Shown in pieces: positions 27,671 to 38,064 of a stretch of 64,000 nt of DNA. Position 1 is the stretch's first letter. Every line of letters begins with the position of its first letter. The DNA is from a virus, in IMG/VR virus record IMGVR_UViG_3300012954_004455, positions 28,343 to 92,342 of that record. One strand, 5' to 3'. The notes under the pieces were generated by a model. It did not search any database, was not told the origin of the DNA, and saw nothing but the letters and a program-made list of their open reading frames with translations. Made by a program: the position numbers and the translations under genes.

Positions 27671-28435
27671 ATGATAACGAGAACCGAAATAGACACCCAT
27701 ATCCAGAAACTGATAAAACCTCATGAGAACGCAATAAAGCTGTTTTGCTCAGGTTTCTCAGGACACGAAAAAATCCACATTGCTGGATTAGATCTACTAT
27801 TTGAAAGAAAAGGCGATCAAATCCAGCTCTTAGGACGTACAGAAGGCTGCCTAGAAGGCGCGATATATGATGAGCTGCTAAATAAAGCCAAAACGATTAA
27901 GAAGGAAGTCGAAAATAGAGAAAGCGGCTTACCAAGCCATTGGACAGACTTCGAACTCTTTTACTGCCAGAATACAGGCGATTTCTCTGTTAGTCCAACC
28001 GACGAAGACTCTCAGGAAGAGAATATCCTATTCGGTCACGCCTCCGATCCTTTAGCTCCGAATATGTTAGGAGGCTTATTGGTAGAATCTGAGAACCTAG
28101 GCATTAACCGTTACGGTTATCCATTCCCTAAAAAGAAACTACGTTATACCTACGAAGGGAAAAGCATGGTTGCAGATATCTGGGAAGCTGCGAAAAGCAG
28201 AAGTGCGTTAGCCTCGGAAAAACGCTACTTTAGTGTAAGAAGATACCTAGACTTCCTAGATGCTAATTCCACTCTTTTATTCTTCGAAGGGTGGGACTTT
28301 GCGAGGAGATTCATAGAAATGGACGACACTGAAGAAGCGACTTGGCGAAAATTCGTATACCATTTTAGCCACGGCACCCATCTAAACCGACAAGATTACA
28401 CACGAGAAATAATAGACATTCTACCAGGGAAATAA
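27671..28435 (+). CDS. Early hypothetical protein
   Basis: 254 aa ORF in operon. Confidence 0.7.
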   Translation: MITRTEIDTHIQKLIKPHENAIKLFCSGFSGHEKIHIAGLDLLFERKGDQIQLLGRTEGCLEGAIYDELLNKAKTIKKEVENRESGLPSHWTDFELFYCQNTGDFSVSPTDEDSQEENILFGHASDPLAPNMLGGLLVESENLGINRYGYPFPKKKLRYTYEGKSMVADIWEAAKSRSALASEKRYFSVRRYLDFLDANSTLLFFEGWDFARRFIEMDDTEEATWRKFVYHFSHGTHLNRQDYTREIIDILPGK

Positions 28436-28471
28436 TACCCAAAACGGCAATAGGCTCCTTATACCACTATT

Positions 28472-28699
28472 ATGGCATTAACTATAGCGCAAAGAGAGGT
28501 CATAGAAATCGGCAACCGCTGGTTCGATCATGGAGAAAACGAATTCCTATTCAAAGGCTGGAAGCTCATTTTTAGCAAAGATGGCTTCTCAGTGAACATA
28601 GAAACGATAAAAGTATTCTCCTATGCGATCCCGCTCACGGATTTGAATCCCATCCTAGCTCCTACCATACTATATCTGAATCATAGGTTAATTAATTAA
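28472..28699 (+). CDS. Early hypothetical protein
   Basis: 75 aa ORF in operon. Confidence 0.55.
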   Translation: MALTIAQREVIEIGNRWFDHGENEFLFKGWKLIFSKDGFSVNIETIKVFSYAIPLTDLNPILAPTILYLNHRLIN

Positions 28700-28892
28700 A
28701 TATACTACACGTCCAGTAGCTCTCGCTAGCCAAAGCACAGAGTAAGTACGATTAGATCGTACCCTGGACCTCTTTTGTCCTCAATTTGCCCCGAGCGTTT
28801 GAGGAATTTGTGGGGCAGACAAAAGGCACAAGACAAAAACAAAGACCAGTTGGAAGGGGGATCTCGGGAGATCCCCCTAAAATTTCAAAACT

Positions 28893-31800
28893 ATGCCAAG
28901 AATATCAAGACGTTCTATTGATGCCATATACTCTGCTGACAACCTCGTTAACATTATAGGGACGGTTGTAAAACTAAAAAACAGCGGAGCTACTCTGTCA
29001 GGGAAATCCCCCTTTAAAAGCGAGAGAACAGCTTCTTTCATGTTAAACCCTCGTAAAAAGGTTTGGAAATGTTTCTCGACTGGAATTGGTGGCTCAAACT
29101 CAATCCAATTTCTTATGGAGTTGGAGGGATTGAGCTATCCAGAAGCAATAAAAAAAGCTGCAGGAATTCTTGGCATAACGATCGAATACGAAGGGGGGGA
29201 TTCTGGCTCAAGCCAAAACCTAGAATACAAGCGAAAGAAAGAACTAGCCGATCGTTTAGAGCAAACAGCCATCTACTTCGGAGAAAGCCTGAAAGAAGGA
29301 TCTCCTGCATCTAAATTCCTCTTAAAAGCGTTCTCAGAGCGTCTTAATGACGAAGTAATAGAGGATTTCCAGATAGGATTCGCGAAAAAAGGATTCCTGC
29401 AGGAATTGAAAGCCGACGGAACCATCAGCGCAACGAAAGGAACAGGCATCCTTAAGGCTTTTGAGAATAGACTGATATTTCCCATACACAACAGTTGGGG
29501 GCAAGTAGTGGGGTTTGGCGCACGCATCATACCCAACGATCCAAAGCCCACACCAGGCAAATACATAAACTCTCCCGAAACCATCCTCTATAAAAAAAAG
29601 GAAAGCCTATATAACCTGAACAGGGCTAGGAGAACGATAATCAAAGAAGATAACACTTTCCTGGTCGAAGGCTATTTCGATGTTATTGCCATGCACAAAG
29701 CAGGGATACATAATGTAGCCGCTCCTTGTGGAACAGCATTAACAGAAAAGCAGATAGGGCTATTAAAACCACTCGGAAGAAGCATAACCATATGCTTCGA
29801 CGGGGATAAGGAAGGCCAAAAGGCGACAGCAAGAGCTCTACTTCTCTGCTTAGAAGCTGGCTTGATGCCTAAAGTTGTAGCCTTAGAAGGCCAAGATCCT
29901 GAAGATTTCCTCTCCGACAAGGAACAAGAAAAAAAACAGGAAGCCATCAACAACCTAACCGTTTCTTGGTTGGAATGGCTATGGGGGTTCATAAAGAAAA
30001 GTTCAAATACTTGGCAGACTCAAGATCGTATTGAGGCTGTCCAGAAAATTCAAAAGGAATATCTAGCTAAAATCGAAAACCAGCTCCTACGAGAAGAACT
30101 CCTCCTCGATCTCGAAAAAGCATCGGGAATCCCCATCGAATCGCTCCAAGGAGAAGACTTCTGGGAAAAGAGCACCTGGTTGAACTTCATCGCTCTTTGT
30201 GATCGATTGAAAATCAGCAGGGAAAACGAAGATTTCGCACCAGGGGAAGAAAACACCATTTCTATATACAGAAGGAATCTGAAAGGAAAGATTACCCATA
30301 GTAGAAAGACATCCGACCAAGTAGTCAGTTATGGGGTATACCAGCCCCAAAAGCTAAGAAAAGCCAAAACACTAGGACAAATCCTTTTCCCTGGTCAATA
30401 CAGGGAGGATTCGCTTTTTATGGTCGTAGACGAGGTGCTTGCTTACGTTCTAACCGAATTGGGAGTTCCCTCGATAGGCATATCTCACATAGCTGGCTGG
30501 AAAACGGCACCCGACGGCAAGAAACTTCATCCCTCTCTAAAGGCGGCTCTAGCAGGATACAGAGAACTTATCTTTCTAGTCCCTTCACAACTTTGGGAGA
30601 TCGCCGAAGGGGAAGAAGATAGCAGCTCTGTAATGAGTGAATCGGAAGAAGGGATCTTCGGCCTTATCACGGCACTCCAAGAAAGCGAACTTGAAGTAAA
30701 TTTGAAATTGCTGTTCCCAAGAAAACCCACAGCAAGAACACAATCGCGATTCGTAGAAAAGAAACTCCTGGAATGGTATCAAGCAGTTACAGATCCCAAG
30801 GGGCGGCTGATTCGCAACCTGGACCTCAGTAGAGATCAGAAATCCCAAGTTTTCACATTGAGAACCGTGGGCTATAACAGCCAAAAGAGTATTCGTGACT
30901 GGCTAGGGATAGATTCTCCAGACGATTGGAGAGAAATCCATCAACTGACATCCGATTTTGTGTTCCGTGGAACACAGTACAAGATATCTCCTACAACGGG
31001 GGATATCAGTATCGCGAAAACGAAAAACGAAATATCTTCTCTTTGGGAGGAAAATGGCATGTACCATATAAAGAAAGGGGCTCGTAATTCGGAATCAATA
31101 AGCAACTTCACTTTCATAGATTGGCGACTCAAAATAACGGATGGAGTCGATCAGAAAGGGATGTTTCTGTTTCGGCGTTTTGATCGTCGGGATAAGTTCA
31201 GAATACTCATATCTTCCGAAGATTGGTTAAGCCCCAAGAGCTTAATCAAAAAGTTCCAAGCATACCCAAAAGCAAACCTCTCTTTCAAAGGTAGCGGCCA
31301 AGATCTCCTAGCTGTATATCACCTCTTGACTAAGAAAAACCCAAAGGAAGCAGAGCAAGTAAATAAAGCAGGTTGGGATAGTTCGCGGAATATATGGATT
31401 TGGGGTGGCGGTGGCTATACAACCCTGGAGGGGAAGTTCCATCCTGTAGACTCGGAAGGCACAGCCGACTGGGAAGGAACCAAGTTGTTTTGGCCCGGAG
31501 TCAGCAAACTGATCCCGAAAAAGGAACGAGAGAAGTACAAAGCCATGTCGATTATGGAACATCGAGGGAAGGCAGATGTAAACTTCTCCAGTTGGGTCGA
31601 ACGGTTTAGCTCCGTATATGAAAAGGGACTAACTGGAATCATCTTTCTGCTAGGAACCATAAACGTACACATAATAGAAAAGAAGCTCCGTAAATACCCT
31701 GTCTTGCTTCTTACCGCTCCAAACAAGTTTGGGAAATCGGAATGGGTAGAAAGTCTAGGGGCAATTGCTCCCGTTATGACGCTCAACCATGGATCTGGAG

Positions 31801-32852
31801 CAACTAACGCATCTACTCGGGAGCATCTCTCTGCGTACAATAGCTGGTTTACTGTTTATAATGAGCTGACAGCTAAGAAAGCAGAGTTCATTCAGAGCTT
31901 AATAAAGGCTGCCTATGATAGGCAAGCTCCTGCCAAGATGGATGCTAAAACGAGTTTTAGCACCATCGACTACCAGAAACCAACTGGTAGCATGATTGGG
32001 ATCGCTCAAGATCGAGAACTCCTCTTCAAACGAGAAGAGGTTGGAGAGAGAGGGATACATGTCGAGCTTACCATCGCTCCAAAAGACAGATCAAGAGAAG
32101 AGAAAAGAAACTACCATTCCCTGAAAGCCCTAGAAGATAAAGGCTTAGGTCATCTAATGGGAGAACTTCTCCCTCATACCAGGAATGTGGAACCCAATTT
32201 TAGAGAAAGATTCCTGGAGGTAAAAGAGTGTTTGTTGGATTTAGCTCCAGTCGGTATTAATGAACGGATTCTCGAATCATGGGCAATGATGCTCACTCCC
32301 ACTTTTGCCATGATTGAATCTGGATTGGACTTCCCTTACACAAGCGAAGAATTATACCAATATGCGATAGCTGAAACGGCTGCGCAATCGGGAGCCATGG
32401 GTAAAGGAGGGATCGCGGAGATATTCTTCGACTGGCTATCATTGGCCACAAACCGAAGTGGCGTGAATGTCATAGGAGCCGTAGGAGCATATGTAGATAC
32501 CACTAAGTTCCCTCAATACAAAGATGGCACCCTACACATCTCCCTGAAGAATGTTTACCCCCTATTTCGGGAGTACCTAAGAAAGGTATTCCCCGAAATC
32601 CAAAATGTGAGCAAAAACGATCTCCAACGCAGGAAGCTCCGAGCGCATCCTGCGTTCCTGGAGAAAGAAAGTCGTGAAAATGGGGTCTGCATAGGCTATA
32701 AAACTGAAATTTCAACAAATGGACGAATCATCGTCAAAAATGGCCAACGAGGCCCCATGAAGGTGACTGGGAGAGCCCTAGTCTTTGATCTCTCCAAAAT
32801 CGACGCGGCGATCAATATCCAATATGCCTTCATAAACGATGACGAAGCATAA
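28893..32852 (+). CDS. DnaG-type primase fused to P-loop NTPase/helicase
   Basis: Degenerate CHC2 region, KYINSPET, TOPRIM VEGYFD/FDGDKEG/DPED, C-terminal Walker A APNKFGKS. Confidence 0.88.
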   Translation: MPRISRRSIDAIYSADNLVNIIGTVVKLKNSGATLSGKSPFKSERTASFMLNPRKKVWKCFSTGIGGSNSIQFLMELEGLSYPEAIKKAAGILGITIEYEGGDSGSSQNLEYKRKKELADRLEQTAIYFGESLKEGSPASKFLLKAFSERLNDEVIEDFQIGFAKKGFLQELKADGTISATKGTGILKAFENRLIFPIHNSWGQVVGFGARIIPNDPKPTPGKYINSPETILYKKKESLYNLNRARRTIIKEDNTFLVEGYFDVIAMHKAGIHNVAAPCGTALTEKQIGLLKPLGRSITICFDGDKEGQKATARALLLCLEAGLMPKVVALEGQDPEDFLSDKEQEKKQEAINNLTVSWLEWLWGFIKKSSNTWQTQDRIEAVQKIQKEYLAKIENQLLREELLLDLEKASGIPIESLQGEDFWEKSTWLNFIALCDRLKISRENEDFAPGEENTISIYRRNLKGKITHSRKTSDQVVSYGVYQPQKLRKAKTLGQILFPGQYREDSLFMVVDEVLAYVLTELGVPSIGISHIAGWKTAPDGKKLHPSLKAALAGYRELIFLVPSQLWEIAEGEEDSSSVMSESEEGIFGLITALQESELEVNLKLLFPRKPTARTQSRFVEKKLLEWYQAVTDPKGRLIRNLDLSRDQKSQVFTLRTVGYNSQKSIRDWLGIDSPDDWREIHQLTSDFVFRGTQYKISPTTGDISIAKTKNEISSLWEENGMYHIKKGARNSESISNFTFIDWRLKITDGVDQKGMFLFRRFDRRDKFRILISSEDWLSPKSLIKKFQAYPKANLSFKGSGQDLLAVYHLLTKKNPKEAEQVNKAGWDSSRNIWIWGGGGYTTLEGKFHPVDSEGTADWEGTKLFWPGVSKLIPKKEREKYKAMSIMEHRGKADVNFSSWVERFSSVYEKGLTGIIFLLGTINVHIIEKKLRKYPVLLLTAPNKFGKSEWVESLGAIAPVMTLNHGSGATNASTREHLSAYNSWFTVYNELTAKKAEFIQSLIKAAYDRQAPAKMDAKTSFSTIDYQKPTGSMIGIAQDRELLFKREEVGERGIHVELTIAPKDRSREEKRNYHSLKALEDKGLGHLMGELLPHTRNVEPNFRERFLEVKECLLDLAPVGINERILESWAMMLTPTFAMIESGLDFPYTSEELYQYAIAETAAQSGAMGKGGIAEIFFDWLSLATNRSGVNVIGAVGAYVDTTKFPQYKDGTLHISLKNVYPLFREYLRKVFPEIQNVSKNDLQRRKLRAHPAFLEKESRENGVCIGYKTEISTNGRIIVKNGQRGPMKVTGRALVFDLSKIDAAINIQYAFINDDEA

Positions 32853-32857
32853 CGATT

Positions 32858-33424
32858 ATGATCAATATCTTAAATAGAAAACAAGTCTTTTACATAGGGA
32901 GAGGGAAGCATTCTCCATTGGGGAACCCCTTCTCGCACCTGGCTAAAACCCCTAAAGAATTCCTATGTAAAAATAGAGAGGAATCTATCCAGAAGTACAG
33001 AGTTTGGCTTCATCAGAAAATCAAAGAAAAAAACAAAGCCATAACGACAGAGCTAAACAAGATCTACAAAGCTGCCAAACAAGGCGATGTTTACCTTGTC
33101 TGCTTCTGCTCTCCAAAACCTTGTCACGGACAAGTAATTCGGGAGCTAATCAACGAAAAATTGCCTCCCACTGAAGAAGAAAGACAATCTCAAGTAATCA
33201 GTGTAGTCGCAGAGCTAGAGAAGGGGATTCCCAAATGGAATGTGTTCGAAATAGTTACGGACGGATCTGGGATGTGGGAGAAAGATAACCTGGTCATTCA
33301 GGAAGAAGGAGAATACCCAAACAAGAGATATTGGGTTGCTTGCCGATTAAGAGACAAGAAAGAAGCAAAAGACATGATACTCGCAGCGATTAAGGAGGAT
33401 TCTTGTCTAGCTAACGAAGAATAA
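32858..33424 (+). CDS. DUF4326-domain protein
   Basis: YIGRG.SPLGNPF and LVCFCSPKPCHG motifs. Confidence 0.8.
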   Translation: MINILNRKQVFYIGRGKHSPLGNPFSHLAKTPKEFLCKNREESIQKYRVWLHQKIKEKNKAITTELNKIYKAAKQGDVYLVCFCSPKPCHGQVIRELINEKLPPTEEERQSQVISVVAELEKGIPKWNVFEIVTDGSGMWEKDNLVIQEEGEYPNKRYWVACRLRDKKEAKDMILAAIKEDSCLANEE

Positions 33425-33460
33425 AACCATCAACTAGAATACCATTAAAACAATCAATAC

Positions 33461-34213
33461 ATGGAATTAATCAATGTCATCTTTAAAGACTATACGCCTC
33501 TGGTAAAAGAAGCTATTAAACACGGCTTAAGGATAAAAGACTGTGTCTATTATCATGTCGGGTATGAAATCCTCACAGACAAAGAAAGATCCGAACGCTT
33601 GAAGGCATTAAAGAAAAAAAAGAAAACGGCTCAGGAGAAGAAAATCTTACTTAACGAAATAGTAAGCTTGGAAACAGCTAAAGTAATTCATGCCAACTTT
33701 CAGTATTTGGCAATACCTCCAGCATTAACCTCCCTACTAACAGAAAGAGGAGAGCATGTCATTCTCTTCAATAAGGAACACCTTTGGGCAAGAAGCACCA
33801 TTGTTCCCCTAGAACGGGATCGTATCGCAAACAAGCTGATTGAAGAGATGGAAGAACGGGGAGCAAACCTCATTAAGCTGAAAATAGGAATCACCGATTT
33901 CGGCATTCAGATAAAAGAAAGCCCCCTTGGCAAACTTTATCCATGGGATAAACATAACGCATGGATAGATCCATACAACCCACAAGAGCCTATTTGTCTA
34001 GAAAATCCGAACCTATTTAAAGTCGATCGTTACGGAAGAGTCCACGAACTGATATGTAAAGAAAGCGATATCAAGGAAGTGATAACTATTCTCCTAAAGA
34101 AGCTTCACGAATTTTACGTGCAAAAAGCCCAGCCTACCCTCGACTTAATAGCCAAACTAGGCGAACTAATTAAAAAGGAGTCTAATACAGAAAAAGATGA
34201 CACCACTGAATAA
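33461..34213 (+). CDS. Hypothetical protein
   Basis: 250 aa ORF in operon. Confidence 0.65.
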   Translation: MELINVIFKDYTPLVKEAIKHGLRIKDCVYYHVGYEILTDKERSERLKALKKKKKTAQEKKILLNEIVSLETAKVIHANFQYLAIPPALTSLLTERGEHVILFNKEHLWARSTIVPLERDRIANKLIEEMEERGANLIKLKIGITDFGIQIKESPLGKLYPWDKHNAWIDPYNPQEPICLENPNLFKVDRYGRVHELICKESDIKEVITILLKKLHEFYVQKAQPTLDLIAKLGELIKKESNTEKDDTTE

Positions 34214-34787
34214 GACAAAATATAACTTCCGAAAGTTCCCAGTTCCCTTGGAAGGATCAATTACCACTTACACCCTCAAATACGCAACGATTACAATCGA
34301 ACAGACAGTCGATAACGAATTTCGTTTTCGTATAACTGTAAAGGGGGAGCGTCGATGCGACCTAGGCTTTCTGAGCGAGAATAAAACAACATTTCTACTG
34401 GATGTTGCCTATCAGTTGTTTGGCGGAATTGGGGAGGAAGGAACACTATCCCAATTCCTCACTTTCAAGGGGTTTTCAGTGACAGAAAAGTTTGGGATGA
34501 TCGTAGCCAAAGTATTCTTCTCAATATTCGAAGAAGATTGCTCCCATTACCCAAAAGGGCTGGACGAGGAGAAAGAAGGCTTCTTCTTCTTTCGACACGG
34601 TTGGGAAGGAGCCTCCTTTATCATTGCTCCCTACTTCGCCGACGGCAAAAGGTTCCAAATACTTTCGACTCGACAGCTTGTTTGTTATCCAAAACTCGAA
34701 CACGCATTGTTAATATCCGAAACCGATGAAATCGGAGTCGGGAGCTTTCTAAACTTGGTTTCTGCACTCGATAAAAGAAGATCATAA
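34197..34787 (+). CDS. Hypothetical protein
   Basis: 196 aa ORF in operon. Confidence 0.6.
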   Translation: MTPLNKTKYNFRKFPVPLEGSITTYTLKYATITIEQTVDNEFRFRITVKGERRCDLGFLSENKTTFLLDVAYQLFGGIGEEGTLSQFLTFKGFSVTEKFGMIVAKVFFSIFEEDCSHYPKGLDEEKEGFFFFRHGWEGASFIIAPYFADGKRFQILSTRQLVCYPKLEHALLISETDEIGVGSFLNLVSALDKRRS

Positions 34788-35005
34788 TGAAGAAGAAAAG
34801 ATATGTATGCTCGTGTGGATGGTCTGGAGATACCTTTGACCTGAGCTGGGAAGTTGGAGAAAGAGACAACGCACCCGCTCCATATTATGCTTGGGGCGTC
34901 TGCCCTGAAGATGGCTGTACTGAAGATTTAGAAGAAATGTTTATAACAGAAGAAGATCTCCAGACCATCAAAGATGCTGGATGCGATATAACCACCATTG
35001 ACTAA
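34787..35005 (+). CDS. Small zinc-ribbon-like protein, copy 1 (acidic)
   Basis: YVCSCGWSG...AWGVCPEDGC. Confidence 0.7.
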   Translation: MKKKRYVCSCGWSGDTFDLSWEVGERDNAPAPYYAWGVCPEDGCTEDLEEMFITEEDLQTIKDAGCDITTID

Positions 35006-35030
35006 ACTCACCAAATAAAAGAGAATCATA

Positions 35031-35246
35031 ATGAAGAAGAAAAGATATGAATGCTCTTGCGGATGGGAAGGAAACAGTTTTCAGCTAAGCTGGCAAGTAG
35101 TAAAAGGGAAAAGATATGGTCGATACCGAGCTTGGGGGACATGCCCCCAAGCAAAATGCTCCTACGACCTAGAGAAAACCCATATAACGGAGAAAGAGGT
35201 GAATGCGCTGAGAAAAGCTAAAGCCGACATCTTTTGGCTTGAATAA
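35031..35246 (+). CDS. Small zinc-ribbon-like protein, copy 2 (basic)
   Basis: YECSCGWEG...AWGTCPQAKC; paralog of previous gene. Confidence 0.7.
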   Translation: MKKKRYECSCGWEGNSFQLSWQVVKGKRYGRYRAWGTCPQAKCSYDLEKTHITEKEVNALRKAKADIFWLE

Positions 35247-35248
35247 TC

Positions 35249-35491
35249 ATGATTATGCATGAATCCAGACCAGAACTAGACAGAATATTGGAGGATATCA
35301 CGGAACGAATAGAAACATATCCTCGGGGTAAGTTCCCATCAACCAAAGACCTAGAAATTCTCCAAAGACCCTCGATTCACACCCCCAAAGGGATAACAAT
35401 GGTTGAAGCCATTCGGAGAATCAGAGAGCAGAAAAAGCGGACTTCAACAGGCATCCAAATAATTAACTTGAATAACTCGAATTATGACTAA
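35249..35491 (+). CDS. Hypothetical protein (paralog of next gene N-terminus)
   Basis: PELDRI..ERIETY..DLEIL..SI.TPKG. Confidence 0.6.
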   Translation: MIMHESRPELDRILEDITERIETYPRGKFPSTKDLEILQRPSIHTPKGITMVEAIRRIREQKKRTSTGIQIINLNNSNYD

Positions 35492-35924
35492 ATACCCAGC
35501 AGAGTTAGACAGAATCGCAGATAAGCTCGTCGAACGAATAGAAATCTACTCTTTGGGGAAGACCCTATCAATCAGAGATATAGAAATTCTCGAAGTAAGG
35601 TCTATTCCCATCCCCACAGGGAGAATCTACTTCGATAAAGAAGTCAATTCCGCCCGTTATCAAGAGACAGAGATCATAGATTTTGAGCATAAAATAGAAA
35701 GATGCGGATTCATCTTCCAGATGATTTATTTACTCCTAGAACTTGATCCCAAATATTTTATCGGCTATATCAAATCTTTACAGATAAGCCAGCCAGTAGA
35801 AGATTGGTTGAATGATGAATTGAGACGCAATCCCTCTCCTGTACATTTCGTGATCTCAGCCACCATTGTTAAATACACAGAACGGGAAGAATGGATCCTC
35901 AACGGACGAAAATCAGACTCTTAA
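35484..35924 (+). CDS. Hypothetical protein
   Basis: AELDRI..ERIEIY..DIEIL..SI.IPTG. Confidence 0.6.
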   Translation: MTKYPAELDRIADKLVERIEIYSLGKTLSIRDIEILEVRSIPIPTGRIYFDKEVNSARYQETEIIDFEHKIERCGFIFQMIYLLLELDPKYFIGYIKSLQISQPVEDWLNDELRRNPSPVHFVISATIVKYTEREEWILNGRKSDS

Positions 35925-35938
35925 GGCTATCATGGATT

Positions 35939-36298
35939 ATGAAAGCAATATTCTCAATACATCCCGAACATTCTCGACGAATCCTGCAGGGGAGCAAGAC
36001 CGTCGAAATCAGACGCAAGCTTCCCATCAGGGAGATAGACAAAATTTTGATTTATGAAACCGCTCCAACCAAAATGATCGTCGGGGAATTCTCAATTAAG
36101 AAGATGGCATATCATCCAAAAGAATACGCTTGGGGGGAATTTGGGGGGAAAGCTGGGATTAGCCAAGACCAATACCAATCATACCTTCATAACCTGGACC
36201 TCGCTGGCATCATCGAAATAGGTGAAGTGCAAAAGTATGCGAAACCGAAACCGCTCAAAGGGACTCCGCCTCAATCCTTCAAGTATCTAAAAACATGA
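35939..36298 (+). CDS. ASCH-domain protein
   Basis: SIHPEHSRRILQGSKTVEIRR, YETAP and PPQSF motifs. Confidence 0.85.
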   Translation: MKAIFSIHPEHSRRILQGSKTVEIRRKLPIREIDKILIYETAPTKMIVGEFSIKKMAYHPKEYAWGEFGGKAGISQDQYQSYLHNLDLAGIIEIGEVQKYAKPKPLKGTPPQSFKYLKT

Positions 36299-36813
36299 AA
36301 CAAAAATTCCCCCTACATAAAATCCTACCCTTAGCCAAAAAGCTCGAATCCAAGATCAGAGAAGCTTGCGTGAAATGCCAGATAGCTGGCTCAATTAGAC
36401 GGGAGAAGTCCGAAGTTTCCGACATCGAGCTTGTAGTAATTCCTCAAAGAGTCCAAACAGGGCTCTTTGGGGAATCAAGCCGATCCCCAAAGTTTACCAA
36501 CATATTCAGGAAGTGGCGACCAGAGAAAGGCGATCCCATCAAAGGGAAGTACCTACGTCTGACATGGAAGACATCCCTGGGAGAAATCCCGATAGACATA
36601 TTCATCGCAGACCAGGGTAATTTCGGGAACATACTTTGGACTCGAACGGGATCAACGAATTATACAATTGCTGCCATAAAAGCAGCGAAAGAAAAAGGGA
36701 TTTTATTCATAGACGGGAGAGTAGAAAAAGGAGATAAAATCCAAGAAATTCCAGATGAACAGGAATTCTTCTCAATTACGAATCTCCCATACGTCGCCCC
36801 GCAAAATAGATAA
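36295..36813 (+). CDS. Minimal DNA polymerase X/beta-like nucleotidyltransferase
   Basis: IAGSIRR..SDIE, DIF, RTGS and P.NR motifs; palm and thumb only. Confidence 0.8.
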   Translation: MKQKFPLHKILPLAKKLESKIREACVKCQIAGSIRREKSEVSDIELVVIPQRVQTGLFGESSRSPKFTNIFRKWRPEKGDPIKGKYLRLTWKTSLGEIPIDIFIADQGNFGNILWTRTGSTNYTIAAIKAAKEKGILFIDGRVEKGDKIQEIPDEQEFFSITNLPYVAPQNR

Positions 36814-36815
36814 GT

Positions 36816-37619
36816 ATGAAAAGAATCAGACTCAGAATCAGACAGGGTGAAGCCCCCCCTTACTCATACAAAATAGCTATCCCCAACTGGGAGGAACTAG
36901 AGCAGAAAGACTTCATTGCAATCACTCCCATGATTTCAGCCAGGAAGACCTTAGCCAGGCAAATCGGAGTTATAGGACATTTCTCCTCTTCCAAAGCCGT
37001 TGCGGCTTTAGAGCTAATGATTAAAACAGCAGAAAAATCGGAAGATGAGGATCTTGCAATGAAGACATTAGGAGAACTAGAAGCCATTGCTAAGCTTTCC
37101 GACCATTTCTGGAAGCCCCTTCCCATTGACAAGGCACTAGTTTGCCCAATTAAAACGGTAAAAATTGGGCGGAAAAGGTTTTTCGCACCTAGAAAAGACA
37201 TGCTCGATATCAGTTTGGGAGAATGGGCAATCATGTCCCAGATCTTGGCGGATGCTCAGCCTGATTATTCTCTTTTTATTTCGATTTTCTACCGTCCAAA
37301 AGGAGATAAAAGAGCAAAGAACGAAATCCACAGACACAGAGAGGCTTTCGATCTGTCCAAATGTGAAAATCGCTCAAAAATTAAATGGCCAAAAGAAGCT
37401 CTTTTCGCTGCCTTAAAGTATATGGAGGCGGCTGGGAAACTGATCCCAATGCTTTTCCCTAAAATCTTCCAGGAAAACGGCCAAAGCACTTCTTGGAGGA
37501 AACTAGAATATACTATCACAAAGACTGCAGTATTCGGAAACGATATACAGGATGTCCGAAGAAATTCTGCCCTCTTAGACGTACTTACTTTCCTCGAAGA
37601 AGAGCAAGACAATGATTAA
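36816..37619 (+). CDS. Hypothetical protein (possible tail assembly chaperone)
   Basis: IPNWEEL, ISLGEW and FYRP motifs; first gene of tail cluster. Confidence 0.45.
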   Translation: MKRIRLRIRQGEAPPYSYKIAIPNWEELEQKDFIAITPMISARKTLARQIGVIGHFSSSKAVAALELMIKTAEKSEDEDLAMKTLGELEAIAKLSDHFWKPLPIDKALVCPIKTVKIGRKRFFAPRKDMLDISLGEWAIMSQILADAQPDYSLFISIFYRPKGDKRAKNEIHRHREAFDLSKCENRSKIKWPKEALFAALKYMEAAGKLIPMLFPKIFQENGQSTSWRKLEYTITKTAVFGNDIQDVRRNSALLDVLTFLEEEQDND

Positions 37620-38064
37620 AAGCCTAGATGATATAAAAAAACTACTTCGAATACTCGCTGGAATATTCGAAGTAGCTTCATACGAATGGGAAGACTCGAA
37701 AGAGAAGATCTCCGACAATGCAACAGGTAGCTTATTTGTTCCCAGTTGGGTTGTGCAGCGGGATCAACCCAACCACCAGCGGCCAATACTTACGTATCGG
37801 GTTCAAGTTCATCTCGTTTGGGTTTGCGCTCCCGATGAAACGGAGGTGCAAACTAGACGAATTCGAAAAGCCGTGGATTCTCTCTCAGAGTTCCATCAGA
37901 TTCTAGAAGATTTTCACAGAAATACCCTACTGAGAGTTCCAACCGAAAAGAAAATGATTATCCCTATAAACGGGCCTCAAGAATTTGGGGCTCACACGGA
38001 AATAGCAATAGAATTGTGGGGGGAAGAAAATAACCGATGGGAGGAGGTCATAGCATTATGGTAG
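37612..38064 (+). CDS. Possible tail terminator/completion protein
   Basis: 150 aa, position in tail cluster. Confidence 0.4.
   Translation: MIKSLDDIKKLLRILAGIFEVASYEWEDSKEKISDNATGSLFVPSWVVQRDQPNHQRPILTYRVQVHLVWVCAPDETEVQTRRIRKAVDSLSEFHQILEDFHRNTLLRVPTEKKMIIPINGPQEFGAHTEIAIELWGEENNRWEEVIALW

Noticed and set aside
28893-32852. Host chromosomal dnaG
   Set aside because: About twice the usual length, fused to a P-loop domain and embedded among phage genes
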